Source: an uncultured Eubacteriales bacterium (GTDB taxonomy: Bacteria; Bacillota; Clostridia; Oscillospirales; CAG-382). From it: a stretch of DNA of 64,000 nucleotides. The DNA is taken from positions 25-64,024 of the forward strand of contig URJL01000007.1 in assembly GCA_900548115.1 (NCBI GenBank), read 5' to 3'. The notes beneath the pieces are model-generated. The model did not search any database. It was not told the origin of the DNA and was given only the letters and a program-made list of their open reading frames with translations. Of this stretch, positions 8,233 to 16,256 are shown in pieces; position 1 is the first letter of the stretch, and the number at the start of each line of letters is the position of its first letter. A program made the position numbers and the translations under genes.

Positions 8233-8751
8233 TTAGCGGTCTTTATGCTTCATGTACAAAAGCGGGTACGGGTTTCCCTGTTCGTCGAGATCGGTTCGTT
8301 TATAAGGCTCAAATCCGAGGTGATTATAAAATCCGACCGCATTTAAATTCTGTTCGTTGACCGTAAGCTCCCGAACGCCGAAGTTTCGGACGGCATGACA
8401 TAAAAGCGCTTTTCCGATGCCTTTTCCTGTCTCCGACGGCAGAACAAAGAGCATTTCCAAACGACCGTTTTCCGCGCCCGCAAAAGCAAGAATTTTGCCG
8501 AGATCGTTTTCTGCGACGGTCAAATGCTTTACGGAATACAGCGCTTTCGGAACATAGTCTTTACTTCCGTGTCCGACAGAAAATCGTGTGTCGCCCGAAC
8601 CGAGCTTTCCCAAACAACGAGCAGTTCCGCCAAAAACGCTTCGTCTCGTTTTTTTACTTCGTATATTTTCATTTTGCTTTGCCAAAGCCCCCGAACGGAT
8701 TCCTCGACTGTTTCCGATTTAAATATTGTAATTTTCACTTTGCTTTTTCAT
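8233..8751 (-). pseudogene. GNAT N-acetyltransferase interrupted by frameshift(s)
   Basis: The N-terminal part, MKIYEVKKRDEAFLAELLVVWESSVRATHDFLSDTEVK, is in the frame of ORF 8529..8738. The remainder, (K)DYVPKALYS...GKGIGKALL...VNEQNLNAVGFYNHLGF, is in ORF 8233..8685. The frames switch at the run gaagtAAAgac (plus-strand 8559-8564). The only strong SD (AAGGAGA) serves ATG 8751, which is again out of frame across an A5 run. Confidence 0.65.
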
Positions 8752-8926
8752 AAATTCTTCTCCTTATTGATTACGAAAATTGAAAAAAGAATTTTTCCTC
8801 CCGCAAAGGCAAGTTGACAAACCGAAATTTGTCGGGATGAAATTCCACCATCTTGCGCCGTGCGCAAGACTGTTCGGACGTTCAAACACGAAGCTATCAG
8901 AATGTTTGTGCTGAAATTCCATTCGG

Positions 8927-9448
8927 TTACTTCGCGCCGGTCAGCAATTTGTCCGGCGGGATTCTTTCCGGGTATTTTCCTTCGGTCAGAATGTCGTATA
9001 AATACCTGTTATCCAGAATCATATCGTCCCGGATAAGCTGCCAGTTTGCCTTTTTTCTGAAAAGCACCTTGAAGATCAGAAAATTCATAATCGCCCCGAC
9101 TACCGGCGTGGTCATGCCGAAAGCCTCAGTATGAGAAAAATGGCATCCTGTTTCAGTTCGCTTTCCCTCAAAGGTAATAAAAGCTGTCTTCTTGTCGCTT
9201 TGGAAGACTATGCGGAAGTGGTTTTCATCCTGTTCGCATTCCGTAATCGTGCCGGTCACATCGTAATCCAACCCCATGACGATCTCGCGGAAGCGGATCT
9301 TGCTTCCTGCGTTATAGTTCCCGTTATAGAGATTACATTCGATGTGGTAGGGACTCCATTTCACAAACTCTTCCTCAAAGTCAGCAGTCCATGCCTCCAT
9401 TTTCTCATAGGGCGCCGGAATCTCTATTTGCTCTGTAAGAATAACCAT
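8927..9448 (-). CDS. SRPBCC (START/polyketide-cyclase-like) family protein
   Basis: Track ORF trimmed to ATG 9448 (MVILTEQIEIPAPYEKM), preceded by GAGGAA. The opening I.I.AP.EK...W and its size fit SRPBCC ligand-binding proteins. This is a weak, motif-level call. Confidence 0.5.
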   Translation of the reverse strand: MVILTEQIEIPAPYEKMEAWTADFEEEFVKWSPYHIECNLYNGNYNAGSKIRFREIVMGLDYDVTGTITECEQDENHFRIVFQSDKKTAFITFEGKRTETGCHFSHTEAFGMTTPVVGAIMNFLIFKVLFRKKANWQLIRDDMILDNRYLYDILTEGKYPERIPPDKLLTGAK

Positions 9449-9784
9449 TTTTCTGTTCCTCGTTTCTGTCAAGGCGGCATCGGCGTTCCGGCAATCTCAA
9501 TGATTACGACAATGGCAGTCACAAACACTGCAATTCCGATGACCGCTGCAATTTTTTGCTGAGTTTGGTCGATGTTATGAACGGAATTTTATCAGAATTA
9601 CAAATTCCGATTTGTCGATATCTTATAATACCACAAATCCTCCTGCTTTTCAACGGTGAATTATATGGTCAGGCGCAGTGCTTGAAAGCGAACTTGCTTC
9701 TTCAATGCTCACTATTACGTATTACTTTGCCAAAGCTCCCGCAGGGCAAGTGAAAAGTGAAGAATGAAAAGTGAAAAAGTAAAA

Positions 9785-9806
9785 CTCCCGCACATCAGTG
9801 CGGGAG
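9785..9806. terminator. Bidirectional intrinsic terminator downstream of tRNA-Gln
   Basis: aaaaCTCCCGCACatcaGTGCGGGAGtttt: a perfect 9-bp stem flanked by A and T runs. Confidence 0.75.
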
Positions 9807-9809
9807 TTT

Positions 9810-9887
9810 TGGCTGGGATGGCTGGATTCGAACCAGCGTGATGCAGGAGTCAAAGTCCTGTGCCTTAACCGACTTGGCGACATCCCA
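9810..9887 (-). tRNA. tRNA-Gln (anticodon UUG), CCA encoded
   Basis: The reverse complement is TGGGATG TC GCC AAGTCGGTTAA GGC A CAGGA CTTTGAC TCCTG CATCAC GCTGG TTCGAAT CCAGC CATCCCA G CCA. This folds as a cloverleaf with a 7-bp acceptor stem, a TTCGAAT T-loop and anticodon loop CU-UUG-AC. Confidence 0.9.
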
Positions 9888-9904
9888 ATATTTCGAACGG
9901 AAAT

Positions 9905-9933
9905 ATTATAGCACATTCTTTGCCGCCTGTCAA
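9905..9933 (-). promoter_or_regulatory. Consensus sigma-A promoter for tRNA-Gln
   Basis: On the minus strand: TTGACA, a 17-nt spacer, then TATAAT, about 17 nt upstream of the mature tRNA 5' end. Confidence 0.75.
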
Positions 9934-9960
9934 GAGCGAAACGCGGCAAAAAGCGAAAAA

Positions 9961-9990
9961 CCCGCACCGCGTATTTTTGCACGGTACGGG
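9961..9990 (-). terminator. Intrinsic terminator after the lipoprotein gene
   Basis: On the minus strand: AAAACCCGTACCG-loop-CGGTGCGGGTTTT followed by TCGCTTTTT. Confidence 0.6.
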
Positions 9991-9997
9991 TTTTCGT

Positions 9998-10927
9998 TCA
10001 GAAGTTTACGGTTACGGTATCGCTGTCCGCGATCGTGTCCCAGCTGTCGGCGTCGAAAATGTGGAAGGAAAGCTCGACATTTTCGATGTTTTCGATCTCG
10101 TTTTCCTCAAGATCGGACGAGAAAAGGGTAATGGTGTCGACCGCGTGTTTCCCCGCCGAGACGTCACAAGAGAACGAAGCGCCGGTCATAAAGCCGTTGA
10201 CCGAAAGGTCGCGGTTTTGCACGGTGATGTTCCGACCGCTTTCGTTGTCGATATAGACCACGATCTCTTTCCCGAGCAGCGAATCCTCCTCGGACAGTCC
10301 TTTGATCACGATCTTGATACCGCCCGCGTCGTATGCCGTGCTTCCGCTGTCGTCGAAGACGTACGTATATCCGTCCGCCGCGGAGGTTTTTAAAACGATT
10401 GGAGCGGAATCGAGATAGGTTTCCCAGTCATCGTCGTAGATGTGGAAGGAAATTTCCATATCGGCAATCGTTTTGATTCCGCAGATATCAAGAGCCGACT
10501 GCGAAAACGTGATCTCGTCGTTTGCTTTTTTGCCGCTTGCAACATCGGCGGACAGAAGCGCGTCGATCATGTATCCGTTGACCGAGGTGCCGCGATCCTG
10601 AAAGGTCAGATCTTTGCCCGAATTATTCTCGATCAAGAGCTTTACCTTCGGACCCATAAAGCCGTATTCCAGCTTCTTTGCCGTGATCTTTACGTCGGCT
10701 TCGTCCAGAAGGACCGTCTCCTCGATGGTCGCTTCGGACGTTTCTTCATTGTTCTGATCTTCCGAGGATTTTTTTTCGTCGTCTTTAACGGATTTTCCGT
10801 CGACGGTCACGTCGGACGGTTCTTTTACCTCGCCGCCTTCGTATCCGGTTGAAACGGAGCAGGAAGCGAGAGACAGGGCAAGGGCGGCAAGAAGCACCGC
10901 CGCGATTTTCTTTGCATTGTGTTTCAT
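9998..10927 (-). CDS. Lipoprotein with two tandem homologous ~110-aa domains
   Basis: Track ORF trimmed to ATG 10927 (MKHNAKKIAAVLLAALALSLASC, lipobox LASC), preceded by AAGGAGA. The internal repeat is KITAKKLEY...LLIENNSGKDLTFQDRGTSVNGYMIDA..SADVASGKKANDEITF...MEISFHIYDDD versus KIVIKGLSE...VYIDNESGRNITVQNRDLSVNGFMTGA..SCDVSAGKHAVDTITL...VELSFHIFDAD. Confidence 0.7.
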   Translation of the reverse strand: MKHNAKKIAAVLLAALALSLASCSVSTGYEGGEVKEPSDVTVDGKSVKDDEKKSSEDQNNEETSEATIEETVLLDEADVKITAKKLEYGFMGPKVKLLIENNSGKDLTFQDRGTSVNGYMIDALLSADVASGKKANDEITFSQSALDICGIKTIADMEISFHIYDDDWETYLDSAPIVLKTSAADGYTYVFDDSGSTAYDAGGIKIVIKGLSEEDSLLGKEIVVYIDNESGRNITVQNRDLSVNGFMTGASFSCDVSAGKHAVDTITLFSSDLEENEIENIENVELSFHIFDADSWDTIADSDTVTVNF

Positions 10928-10953
10928 AATAAATCTCCTTTTCTTTTTGCGCT

Positions 10954-11340
10954 TCACACAATATACGGATTCGGCTTGCTGAGGATCGAGAAGAAATCGA
11001 TCAGGACGCCGATCCCGAAAAGACCGAACGTGAAAATGTACACAACGCCCATGCCGCCTTTTCCCTCATAAAACTTGTGCGCACCGAATACGCCGAGGAA
11101 AAGGCACAGGCACAGCGATACCCACTTGTTGCATACCTTCCGTCCGAAAGCCGCGTTGGCGTTGAGATTCGCATTGACGTTTGCGTTGTTGTTGTCGTTG
11201 TTGATCACGATCTGAGGGGTCGTGGGCGTATCGGACTTCAGATCCTCCACCTGCCGACCGCACGCCGTACAGATGACGGCGTCCTCGGGGATTTGTGTTC
11301 CGCAATGCTTGCAAAATTTTGTTTTGACGGTTTCGTTCAT
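10954..11340 (-). CDS. Zinc-ribbon plus TM2-domain membrane protein
   Basis: Track ORF trimmed to ATG 11340 (MNETVKTKFCKHCGTQIPEDAVICTACG), preceded by AGGAGGAA. It has a CxxC...CxxC zinc ribbon, an Asn-rich linker and a TM2-like segment (NKWVSLCLCLFLGVFGAHKFYEGK..G......FGLFGIGVLIDF). Confidence 0.7.
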   Translation of the reverse strand: MNETVKTKFCKHCGTQIPEDAVICTACGRQVEDLKSDTPTTPQIVINNDNNNANVNANLNANAAFGRKVCNKWVSLCLCLFLGVFGAHKFYEGKGGMGVVYIFTFGLFGIGVLIDFFSILSKPNPYIV

Positions 11341-11386
11341 AAAAACATTCCTCCTGTATAACATGAATTTTATCGGGAACACTGCT

Positions 11387-11415
11387 ATTATACTCTATAT
11401 ATCGACAATTGTCAA
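11387..11415 (-). promoter_or_regulatory. Consensus sigma-A promoter of the zinc-ribbon/TM2-lipoprotein operon
   Basis: On the minus strand: TTGACA, a 17-nt spacer, then TATAAT. The -35 lies inside the 10-bp palindrome GACAATTGTC (11404-11413). Confidence 0.65.
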
Positions 11416-11457
11416 GACAAAGAGCATATTTTATCATGGTAGACAGAGGTGATAAAA

Positions 11458-11658
11458 TTGATCGTATACGAACCGTTTTACGAAACACTGAAGCAAAAAG
11501 GCGTGTCTACCTACCGACTGATCCAGGAATTCGGCGTGAGCCGCAGTCTTTTGGATCGGCTAAAACACAATAAGCCCATCAGCACGCAGACGATCGACGA
11601 TCTGTGCTCTTTCTTGGATTGCCGCGTGGAGGATATCGTCCTGTACCGAAAGGAATGA
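11458..11658 (+). CDS. Small Cro/C1-type HTH regulator (YozG-like, COG3655-type)
   Basis: The track ORF starts at GTG 11449. TTG 11458 has better spacing to AGAGGTG. The sequence (L)IVYEPFYETLKQKGVSTYRLIQEFGVSRSLLDRLKHNKPISTQTIDDLCSFLDCRVEDIVLY matches the short-HTH family pattern ...TL.kLC..LdC.v.Di..Y. Confidence 0.7.
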   Translation: MIVYEPFYETLKQKGVSTYRLIQEFGVSRSLLDRLKHNKPISTQTIDDLCSFLDCRVEDIVLYRKE

Positions 11659-11680
11659 TCGGGCTTAAAAGAAGAAAAAA

Positions 11681-11705
11681 CTCCCCTATCGTAACGATAG
11701 GGGAG
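11681..11705. terminator. Bidirectional terminator between the HTH gene and potD
   Basis: aaaaaaCTCCCCTATCGtaaCGATAGGGGAGttgcttttt: an 11-bp perfect stem. Confidence 0.75.
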
Positions 11706-11724
11706 TTGCTTTTTCGGTTTGCGG

Positions 11725-12996
11725 TCAATAATCGGTCTTTTTCTTATTCTTGCGCACTTTCATCAGGATGATGAGAATGACAAGGGCAAGACCGACGATG
11801 ATGGTAACGATCGTGAGCGGTCCGGACTGCCAGCCGTTGTCGTTGGTGCCGATGAGAATATCGTTCCACAGGCGGATCATCAGTTCGTTTGCTTCGCTCG
11901 GAAGATCAACAAAGCTTTCGAAGCGTGCGATCGTCTCGGCGTCGGGATAAGCGATGGGGCTGTCCTTCATTTCGTCGGGCAAAAGCTCCTTTGCCGCCGA
12001 TTCGGGGGTGGAGTAGCAGATATATTCGCAGTTTGCCGCGGCGACTTCCGGCTCACAAAGGAAGTTGATGAACGCCTCTGCCGCCTCTTTGTTTTCACTG
12101 CCTTTGGGGATGCAGATTGAGTCGATGAAAATATTCGAGCTTTCCTTCGGGAAGGCGAAAGCAAGCGACGGGTTGCGCTTAATCATCGTCATGGCGTCGC
12201 CGGCATAATACGGAGCGACATATGCCTCCTCCAGCTGCATCTTGTCAAAGATCTGATCCATGACATAGGTCTGCACATACTGCTTCTGCTCCTGAAGCAG
12301 AGCACCGGCTTCTTTGATCTCGCCCAAATTGTCGGTGTTGAGCGAATAGCCGAGCTTTGCAAGGGCAATGGCAAACGCGTCGCGGGAATTGGAAAACATC
12401 AAAATTTCGTTCTTGAACTTCGGATTCCACAAAACGTCCCACGTCGAGGCTTCCTCTTCGGTGACGTATTTCGTGTTGTAAATAATGCCGACCGTGCCCC
12501 ATGTATAGGGAACCGAATATTCGCCGTTCTTGTCAAAATCGGGATAACGGTACTGCTCGTCGACGTAGGAGATGTTGGGGATATTGTCAAAGTCGAGCTT
12601 TTCGAGCATATCTTCTTTGATCATCTTGGCGATCATGTAATCCGAGGGGATCACGATATCGTAAACACTGCCCGAGCCCGCCTTGAATTTCGCGTACATA
12701 TCCTCGTTCGTCGCATAGTTGGTGTAATTCACCTGGATGCCCGAAATGTTTTCGAAGGCGGCGATAACATCGAGGCTTCCCTCGCTTCCGTTGGAGATAT
12801 ATTCACCCCAGTTGTAGACGTTGATGGAAAGCTTTTGATCGCGGAACTTTTCGTAGTAGGAAGAGTCCCGAACCGTAACTTCGGTTACCGCGTTTGAAAA
12901 ATCCTCTTTTTCAGACTCGTTTTTTGAGCAGGAGGAGACGGACAGCAGGGACAGGATGGAGAGAAACACAAAGAATGCAGTAAGATATCTTTTCAA
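11725..12996 (-). CDS. potD: Spermidine/putrescine ABC transporter substrate-binding lipoprotein with an extra C-terminal TM helix
   Basis: TTG start with AAAGGAG 8 nt upstream. Lipobox LSVSSC. PotD-type blocks are present (LSINVYNWGEYI, VIPSDYMI, YTWGTVGIIYN). It is the last gene of a potABCD arrangement. The C-terminus GPLTIVTIIVGLALVILIILMKVRKNKKK is a TM anchor. Confidence 0.8.
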   Translation of the reverse strand: MKRYLTAFFVFLSILSLLSVSSCSKNESEKEDFSNAVTEVTVRDSSYYEKFRDQKLSINVYNWGEYISNGSEGSLDVIAAFENISGIQVNYTNYATNEDMYAKFKAGSGSVYDIVIPSDYMIAKMIKEDMLEKLDFDNIPNISYVDEQYRYPDFDKNGEYSVPYTWGTVGIIYNTKYVTEEEASTWDVLWNPKFKNEILMFSNSRDAFAIALAKLGYSLNTDNLGEIKEAGALLQEQKQYVQTYVMDQIFDKMQLEEAYVAPYYAGDAMTMIKRNPSLAFAFPKESSNIFIDSICIPKGSENKEAAEAFINFLCEPEVAAANCEYICYSTPESAAKELLPDEMKDSPIAYPDAETIARFESFVDLPSEANELMIRLWNDILIGTNDNGWQSGPLTIVTIIVGLALVILIILMKVRKNKKKTDY

Positions 12997-13020
12997 TTTT
13001 CAAACTCCTTTCGGGGCTTG

Positions 13021-13815
13021 TTACGCCCGTTCGTTATATTTTTTGTTTTTGGCTTTGTTGTCGCCTTTTTGGATGTTGGCAAGGATCAGAACCGCCAAAA
13101 CCACGGTGAACATGATTGTGGAAAGCGCGTTGAGCTTCGGGGTCATGGGCTTGCGGGTGATGGTGTAAATGACCAGCGGAAGCGTCTGCGACGTCGGACC
13201 CGCCGTGAAATAGCTGATGACAAAATCGTCGATGGAATAGGTAAGCGCCATCAGAAAGCCCGAGACGATGCCCGGCATGATCTCGGGGATCACGACCTTG
13301 TAAAACGCCTGTCCTTCACTGCAGCCGAGGTCGAGCGCCGCTTCGTATATATTTTTGTTCAGTTGGCGAAGCTTGGGAAGAACGCTTAAAACGACCGTCG
13401 GAACGCAAAACGTGATGTGCGCCAGAATCAGCGTGAGAAAACCGGGGCGCAGTTTTAAGAGCGTAAACAGTATGAGCAGCGAGATACCGATGACGATCTC
13501 GGGGTTGATGAGCGGCATGTTGTTGACGTTCTTGATCAGCGTGCGCGCGCGGCGCTTCATGCAGTGAATGCCGAATGCCGCCGTCGTTCCGAGAATCGTC
13601 GCGCAGACCGACGCGATCAGCGCCACGATGAGCGTATTGCCGAGCGCACCGAGAATTTCGCGGTCGCGGAACAGCTCGCCGTACCATTTAAAGGTAAAGC
13701 CCGTCCAGACGCGCCCTTTCGATTCGTTAAAGGAAAAGGCGATGAGAACGAAGATCGGAAGATACATAAACAGCAAAACCAGCGCGACATAGCAGCGGGA
13801 GAAAGCTTTTTTCAT
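13021..13815 (-). CDS. potC: Spermidine/putrescine ABC transporter permease
   Basis: A 6-TM permease with an EAA-type loop (YEAALDLGCSEGQAFYKVVIPEIMPGI). An ATGA overlap joins it to potB. Confidence 0.85.
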   Translation of the reverse strand: MKKAFSRCYVALVLLFMYLPIFVLIAFSFNESKGRVWTGFTFKWYGELFRDREILGALGNTLIVALIASVCATILGTTAAFGIHCMKRRARTLIKNVNNMPLINPEIVIGISLLILFTLLKLRPGFLTLILAHITFCVPTVVLSVLPKLRQLNKNIYEAALDLGCSEGQAFYKVVIPEIMPGIVSGFLMALTYSIDDFVISYFTAGPTSQTLPLVIYTITRKPMTPKLNALSTIMFTVVLAVLILANIQKGDNKAKNKKYNERA

Positions 13816-14642
13816 ACCAGCGTTTCCTCCATTTCTTCGTTGTCAAACTGATTGAAGATACCCATGCAGATGAGCACCACGACCATCAGGAGAAGCGAGA
13901 TTGCCGAGCCGTAATACGGGTTGTATTCGCCGCCCGAAAGAAAATTGCTCTCGATTAGGTCGCCGATGAGATAATTGCTCGGACCGCCCAGAAGCTGAGA
14001 GATAACAAAGGTGCTGACCGCCGGGACAAAGGTCATGGTAACGCCCGAAGTGATACCCGGAAACGAAAGCGGGATGATGACCTTGCGGAACACGTGAAAC
14101 GTGTTGCAGCCGAGATCCTGCGCCGCTTCGACCAAACGGCGGTCAAGACGTACCAGGATGGTATAAAGCGGCATGATCATGTACGGAATGTAATTGTACA
14201 CCATGCCGAGAATGACTGCGCCTTGGGTATACATGATGTGGGCGGGCGAAAGGCCGAGAGAGGTCAAGATTGTGTTGAGCAGTCCCGATTTCGTCTCGAG
14301 AATAGTCATCCATGCGTAGGTGCGCAGAAGAAAATTCATCCACATGGGAAGCATGACCAGCATGACCATCATGCGCTGATGATTGATCTTCATCTGCGAC
14401 ATGATATAGGCAAGGGGATAGGAGATCACAAGACAAATAACGGTTGCGATCGCCGCGAGCGCCACGGATTTTACCAAAACGGGAAGATACTGCGAGGCAT
14501 ATTTTACGTTGTCGAGCGTAAAGCCGCCGCCGTGTCGGTCGGTAAAGGCAAAAAAGGCGATGAGCGCGAGCGGGATAATCGTGAAGATCAGCATCCACAC
14601 GATGTACGGCACAGCGAACATACGGAACTTTTTGTTATTCAT
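13812..14642 (-). CDS. potB: Spermidine/putrescine ABC transporter permease
   Basis: Track ORF trimmed to ATG 14642 ([16 protein letters not shown]). The EAA loop is [27 protein letters not shown]. It overlaps the end of potA by 8 nt. Confidence 0.85.
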   Translation of the reverse strand: MNNKKFRMFAVPYIVWMLIFTIIPLALIAFFAFTDRHGGGFTLDNVKYASQYLPVLVKSVALAAIATVICLVISYPLAYIMSQMKINHQRMMVMLVMLPMWMNFLLRTYAWMTILETKSGLLNTILTSLGLSPAHIMYTQGAVILGMVYNYIPYMIMPLYTILVRLDRRLVEAAQDLGCNTFHVFRKVIIPLSFPGITSGVTMTFVPAVSTFVISQLLGGPSNYLIGDLIESNFLSGGEYNPYYGSAISLLLMVVVLICMGIFNQFDNEEMEETLV

Positions 14643-15726
14643 CGCCGACACCTTCTTCGTCCGACGCATTCTTTATTCTTGCGGCAGAGCTTTTGTGCAT
14701 GATGTGAATGTCGTCGGGTGTAAACGAAAGACCGACAAAGGTTCCGGGGGGCGTGTGCTTGGTCGAATGGATAAGCCAGGTCATGCCGAAGCTCTGCACC
14801 GACATTTCGAAATGAACGCCTTTAAACGTAACCGATTCGACGGTGCCGTCAATGGTGTGTTCGCCCGGTTCGGTTATTTTGATATCCTCGGGACGGATTA
14901 CGACGTCGATCGGCTCCATTTTGTCAAAGCCCTTGTCGACGCAGACAAATTTCTGTCCCGCAAATTCGACGAGATAATCGTCGTGCATAATGCCGTCTAT
15001 AATATTGCTCTCGCCGATGAATTTAGCGACGAAAGCGTTTTTGGGTTCGTTGTAAATATCCTCGGGCGTACCGATCTGATTGATGATACCGCCGTTCATG
15101 ACGACCACGCGGTCGGACATGGTGAGGGCTTCCTCCTGATCGTGCGTTACGTAAACAAAGGTAATGCCCGTCTGCTGCTGAATTTTCTTAAGCTCGGTCT
15201 GCATTTCCTTTCGCAGCTGCAAATCGAGCGCACCGAGCGGCTCGTCCAGAAGAAGCATGCGCGGATGATTGATAAGGGCGCGGGCGATGGCGACACGCTG
15301 CTGCTGTCCGCCCGACAGAAGATCGACGTTTCGCGAGCCGAAGCCTTCGAGATTGACAAGCTCCAGCATTTCGAAAACGCGGTTTCGGATTTCTTTTTCG
15401 GGCGTCTTTTTCAGACGAAGCCCGAAAGCGATGTTTTCGTATACGTTCAAGTGAGGAAAGAGCGCATATTTCTGAAACACCGTGTTGACATGACGCTTGT
15501 AGGGCGGAAGATCGTTGATCAGCTTACCGTCGAAGAAAACGTTTCCCGACGTGGGCTTTGCAAATCCGCCGATGATGCGAAGAGTTGTTGTTTTACCGCA
15601 ACCGGAAGGCCCGAGAAGAGTGATGAATTCCTTATCGTTGATGTCGAGATTGATGTTTTTGAGAACCTGCTCGTCATCAAAGACCACAACGATATCCTCG
15701 AGCTTAACAATTACGCCTTTTTCCAA
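14635..15726 (-). CDS. potA: Spermidine/putrescine ABC transporter ATPase
   Basis: I prefer TTG 15726 (GGAGG 7 nt upstream) over the track GTG 15804. It has Walker [10 protein letters not shown], the signature [15 protein letters not shown], Walker B MLLLDEP and a C-terminal TOBE-like domain. Confidence 0.85.
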   Translation of the reverse strand: MEKGVIVKLEDIVVVFDDEQVLKNINLDINDKEFITLLGPSGCGKTTTLRIIGGFAKPTSGNVFFDGKLINDLPPYKRHVNTVFQKYALFPHLNVYENIAFGLRLKKTPEKEIRNRVFEMLELVNLEGFGSRNVDLLSGGQQQRVAIARALINHPRMLLLDEPLGALDLQLRKEMQTELKKIQQQTGITFVYVTHDQEEALTMSDRVVVMNGGIINQIGTPEDIYNEPKNAFVAKFIGESNIIDGIMHDDYLVEFAGQKFVCVDKGFDKMEPIDVVIRPEDIKITEPGEHTIDGTVESVTFKGVHFEMSVQSFGMTWLIHSTKHTPPGTFVGLSFTPDDIHIMHKSSAARIKNASDEEGVGDE

Positions 15727-15741
15727 ATTTCTACCTCCGTG

Positions 15742-15864
15742 AAAAAAAGAAAATGACCTGCCGCACCGCGCGGCGGGGAAAACACGGTTTTGCGAAAAAA
15801 ACACCCCCCGCCCCCTCGTTTTCTCCTTTGAAAACGCACGGCGTTAAGTGTCCCTTACAAAACA
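15742..15864 (-). promoter_or_regulatory. Structured ~135-nt 5' leader of potABCD with competing G/C stems and U-runs (candidate attenuator)
   Basis: The minus-strand leader contains GGGGGCGGGGGGUGUUUUUUU ... CCCCGCCGC GCGGU GCGGC AGGUCAUUUUCUUUUUUU immediately before the RBS. Confidence 0.35.
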
Positions 15865-15870
15865 ACAATA

Positions 15871-15899
15871 AATATACTGGATATTGACGCATTTGTCAA
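15871..15899 (-). promoter_or_regulatory. Sigma-A-type promoter of potABCD
   Basis: On the minus strand: TTGACA, a 17-nt spacer, then TATATT. Confidence 0.6.
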
Positions 15900-16144
15900 G
15901 TGGTTTTGACAAAAAAATACGGAAAAAATCAAAATTATCCGTAAACAGACCGAAAGAGACCGAATGAGACGCGATTTTGTTCAAAAAATAAGTGATTTTC
16001 TTTCGAATTTCGCGAAAATTCTCTGAAATCCTCTGTTTTTCTCCGACAAAGAATTCGACTCGCTTCCGACGCGTTTCAAGTGGTCGGAAAGAGGAAAAAT
16101 GCGCGGAAAGCTTGCCTTTCGTGCAAAAAATGCAGAAAAGACAA

Positions 16145-16173
16145 TGGACAAAAAACGCGCCGTATTGTATAAT
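16145..16173 (+). promoter_or_regulatory. Sigma-A-type promoter of the GH31 gene
   Basis: TGGACA, a 17-nt spacer, then tgTATAAT. Confidence 0.5.
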
Positions 16174-16256
16174 TAAAAACAGGGGATTTTTCCCGCTTTT
16201 CGCCGCGAAGACGGGAAAACAAAAAATGAAAAATGAAAAATCGATTGGAGGAAAAC

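Noticed and set aside
9476-9570. Minus-strand frame encoding a clean TM helix (KIAAVIGIAVFVTAIVVIIEIAGTPMPP-stop) just upstream of the SRPBCC gene
   Set aside because: A TAA lies 14 codons upstream of the helix with no ATG, GTG or TTG in between. The SD-like AGGAGGA further upstream serves a 3-codon frame. It is probably a decayed remnant, so I did not call it a gene.
9745-9785. Short GTGAAAAG-type repeats (gtgaaaagtgaagaatgaaaagtgaaaaagt), considered as a possible CRISPR or other array
   Set aside because: There are only three imperfect 8-nt units with no spacers, which is low-complexity sequence next to a terminator. No CRISPR-like repeat-spacer structure exists anywhere in the window.
15727-15804. 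Track start GTG 15804 for potA, and similar long N-terminal extensions for the kinase (6152), agcS (20559), DUF4349 (32303), EEP (23335), VOC (46056) and others
   Set aside because: The extensions have junk composition, lack SD sites and run through promoters or leaders. In each case an internal start with a GGAGG-type SD matches the family N-terminus.
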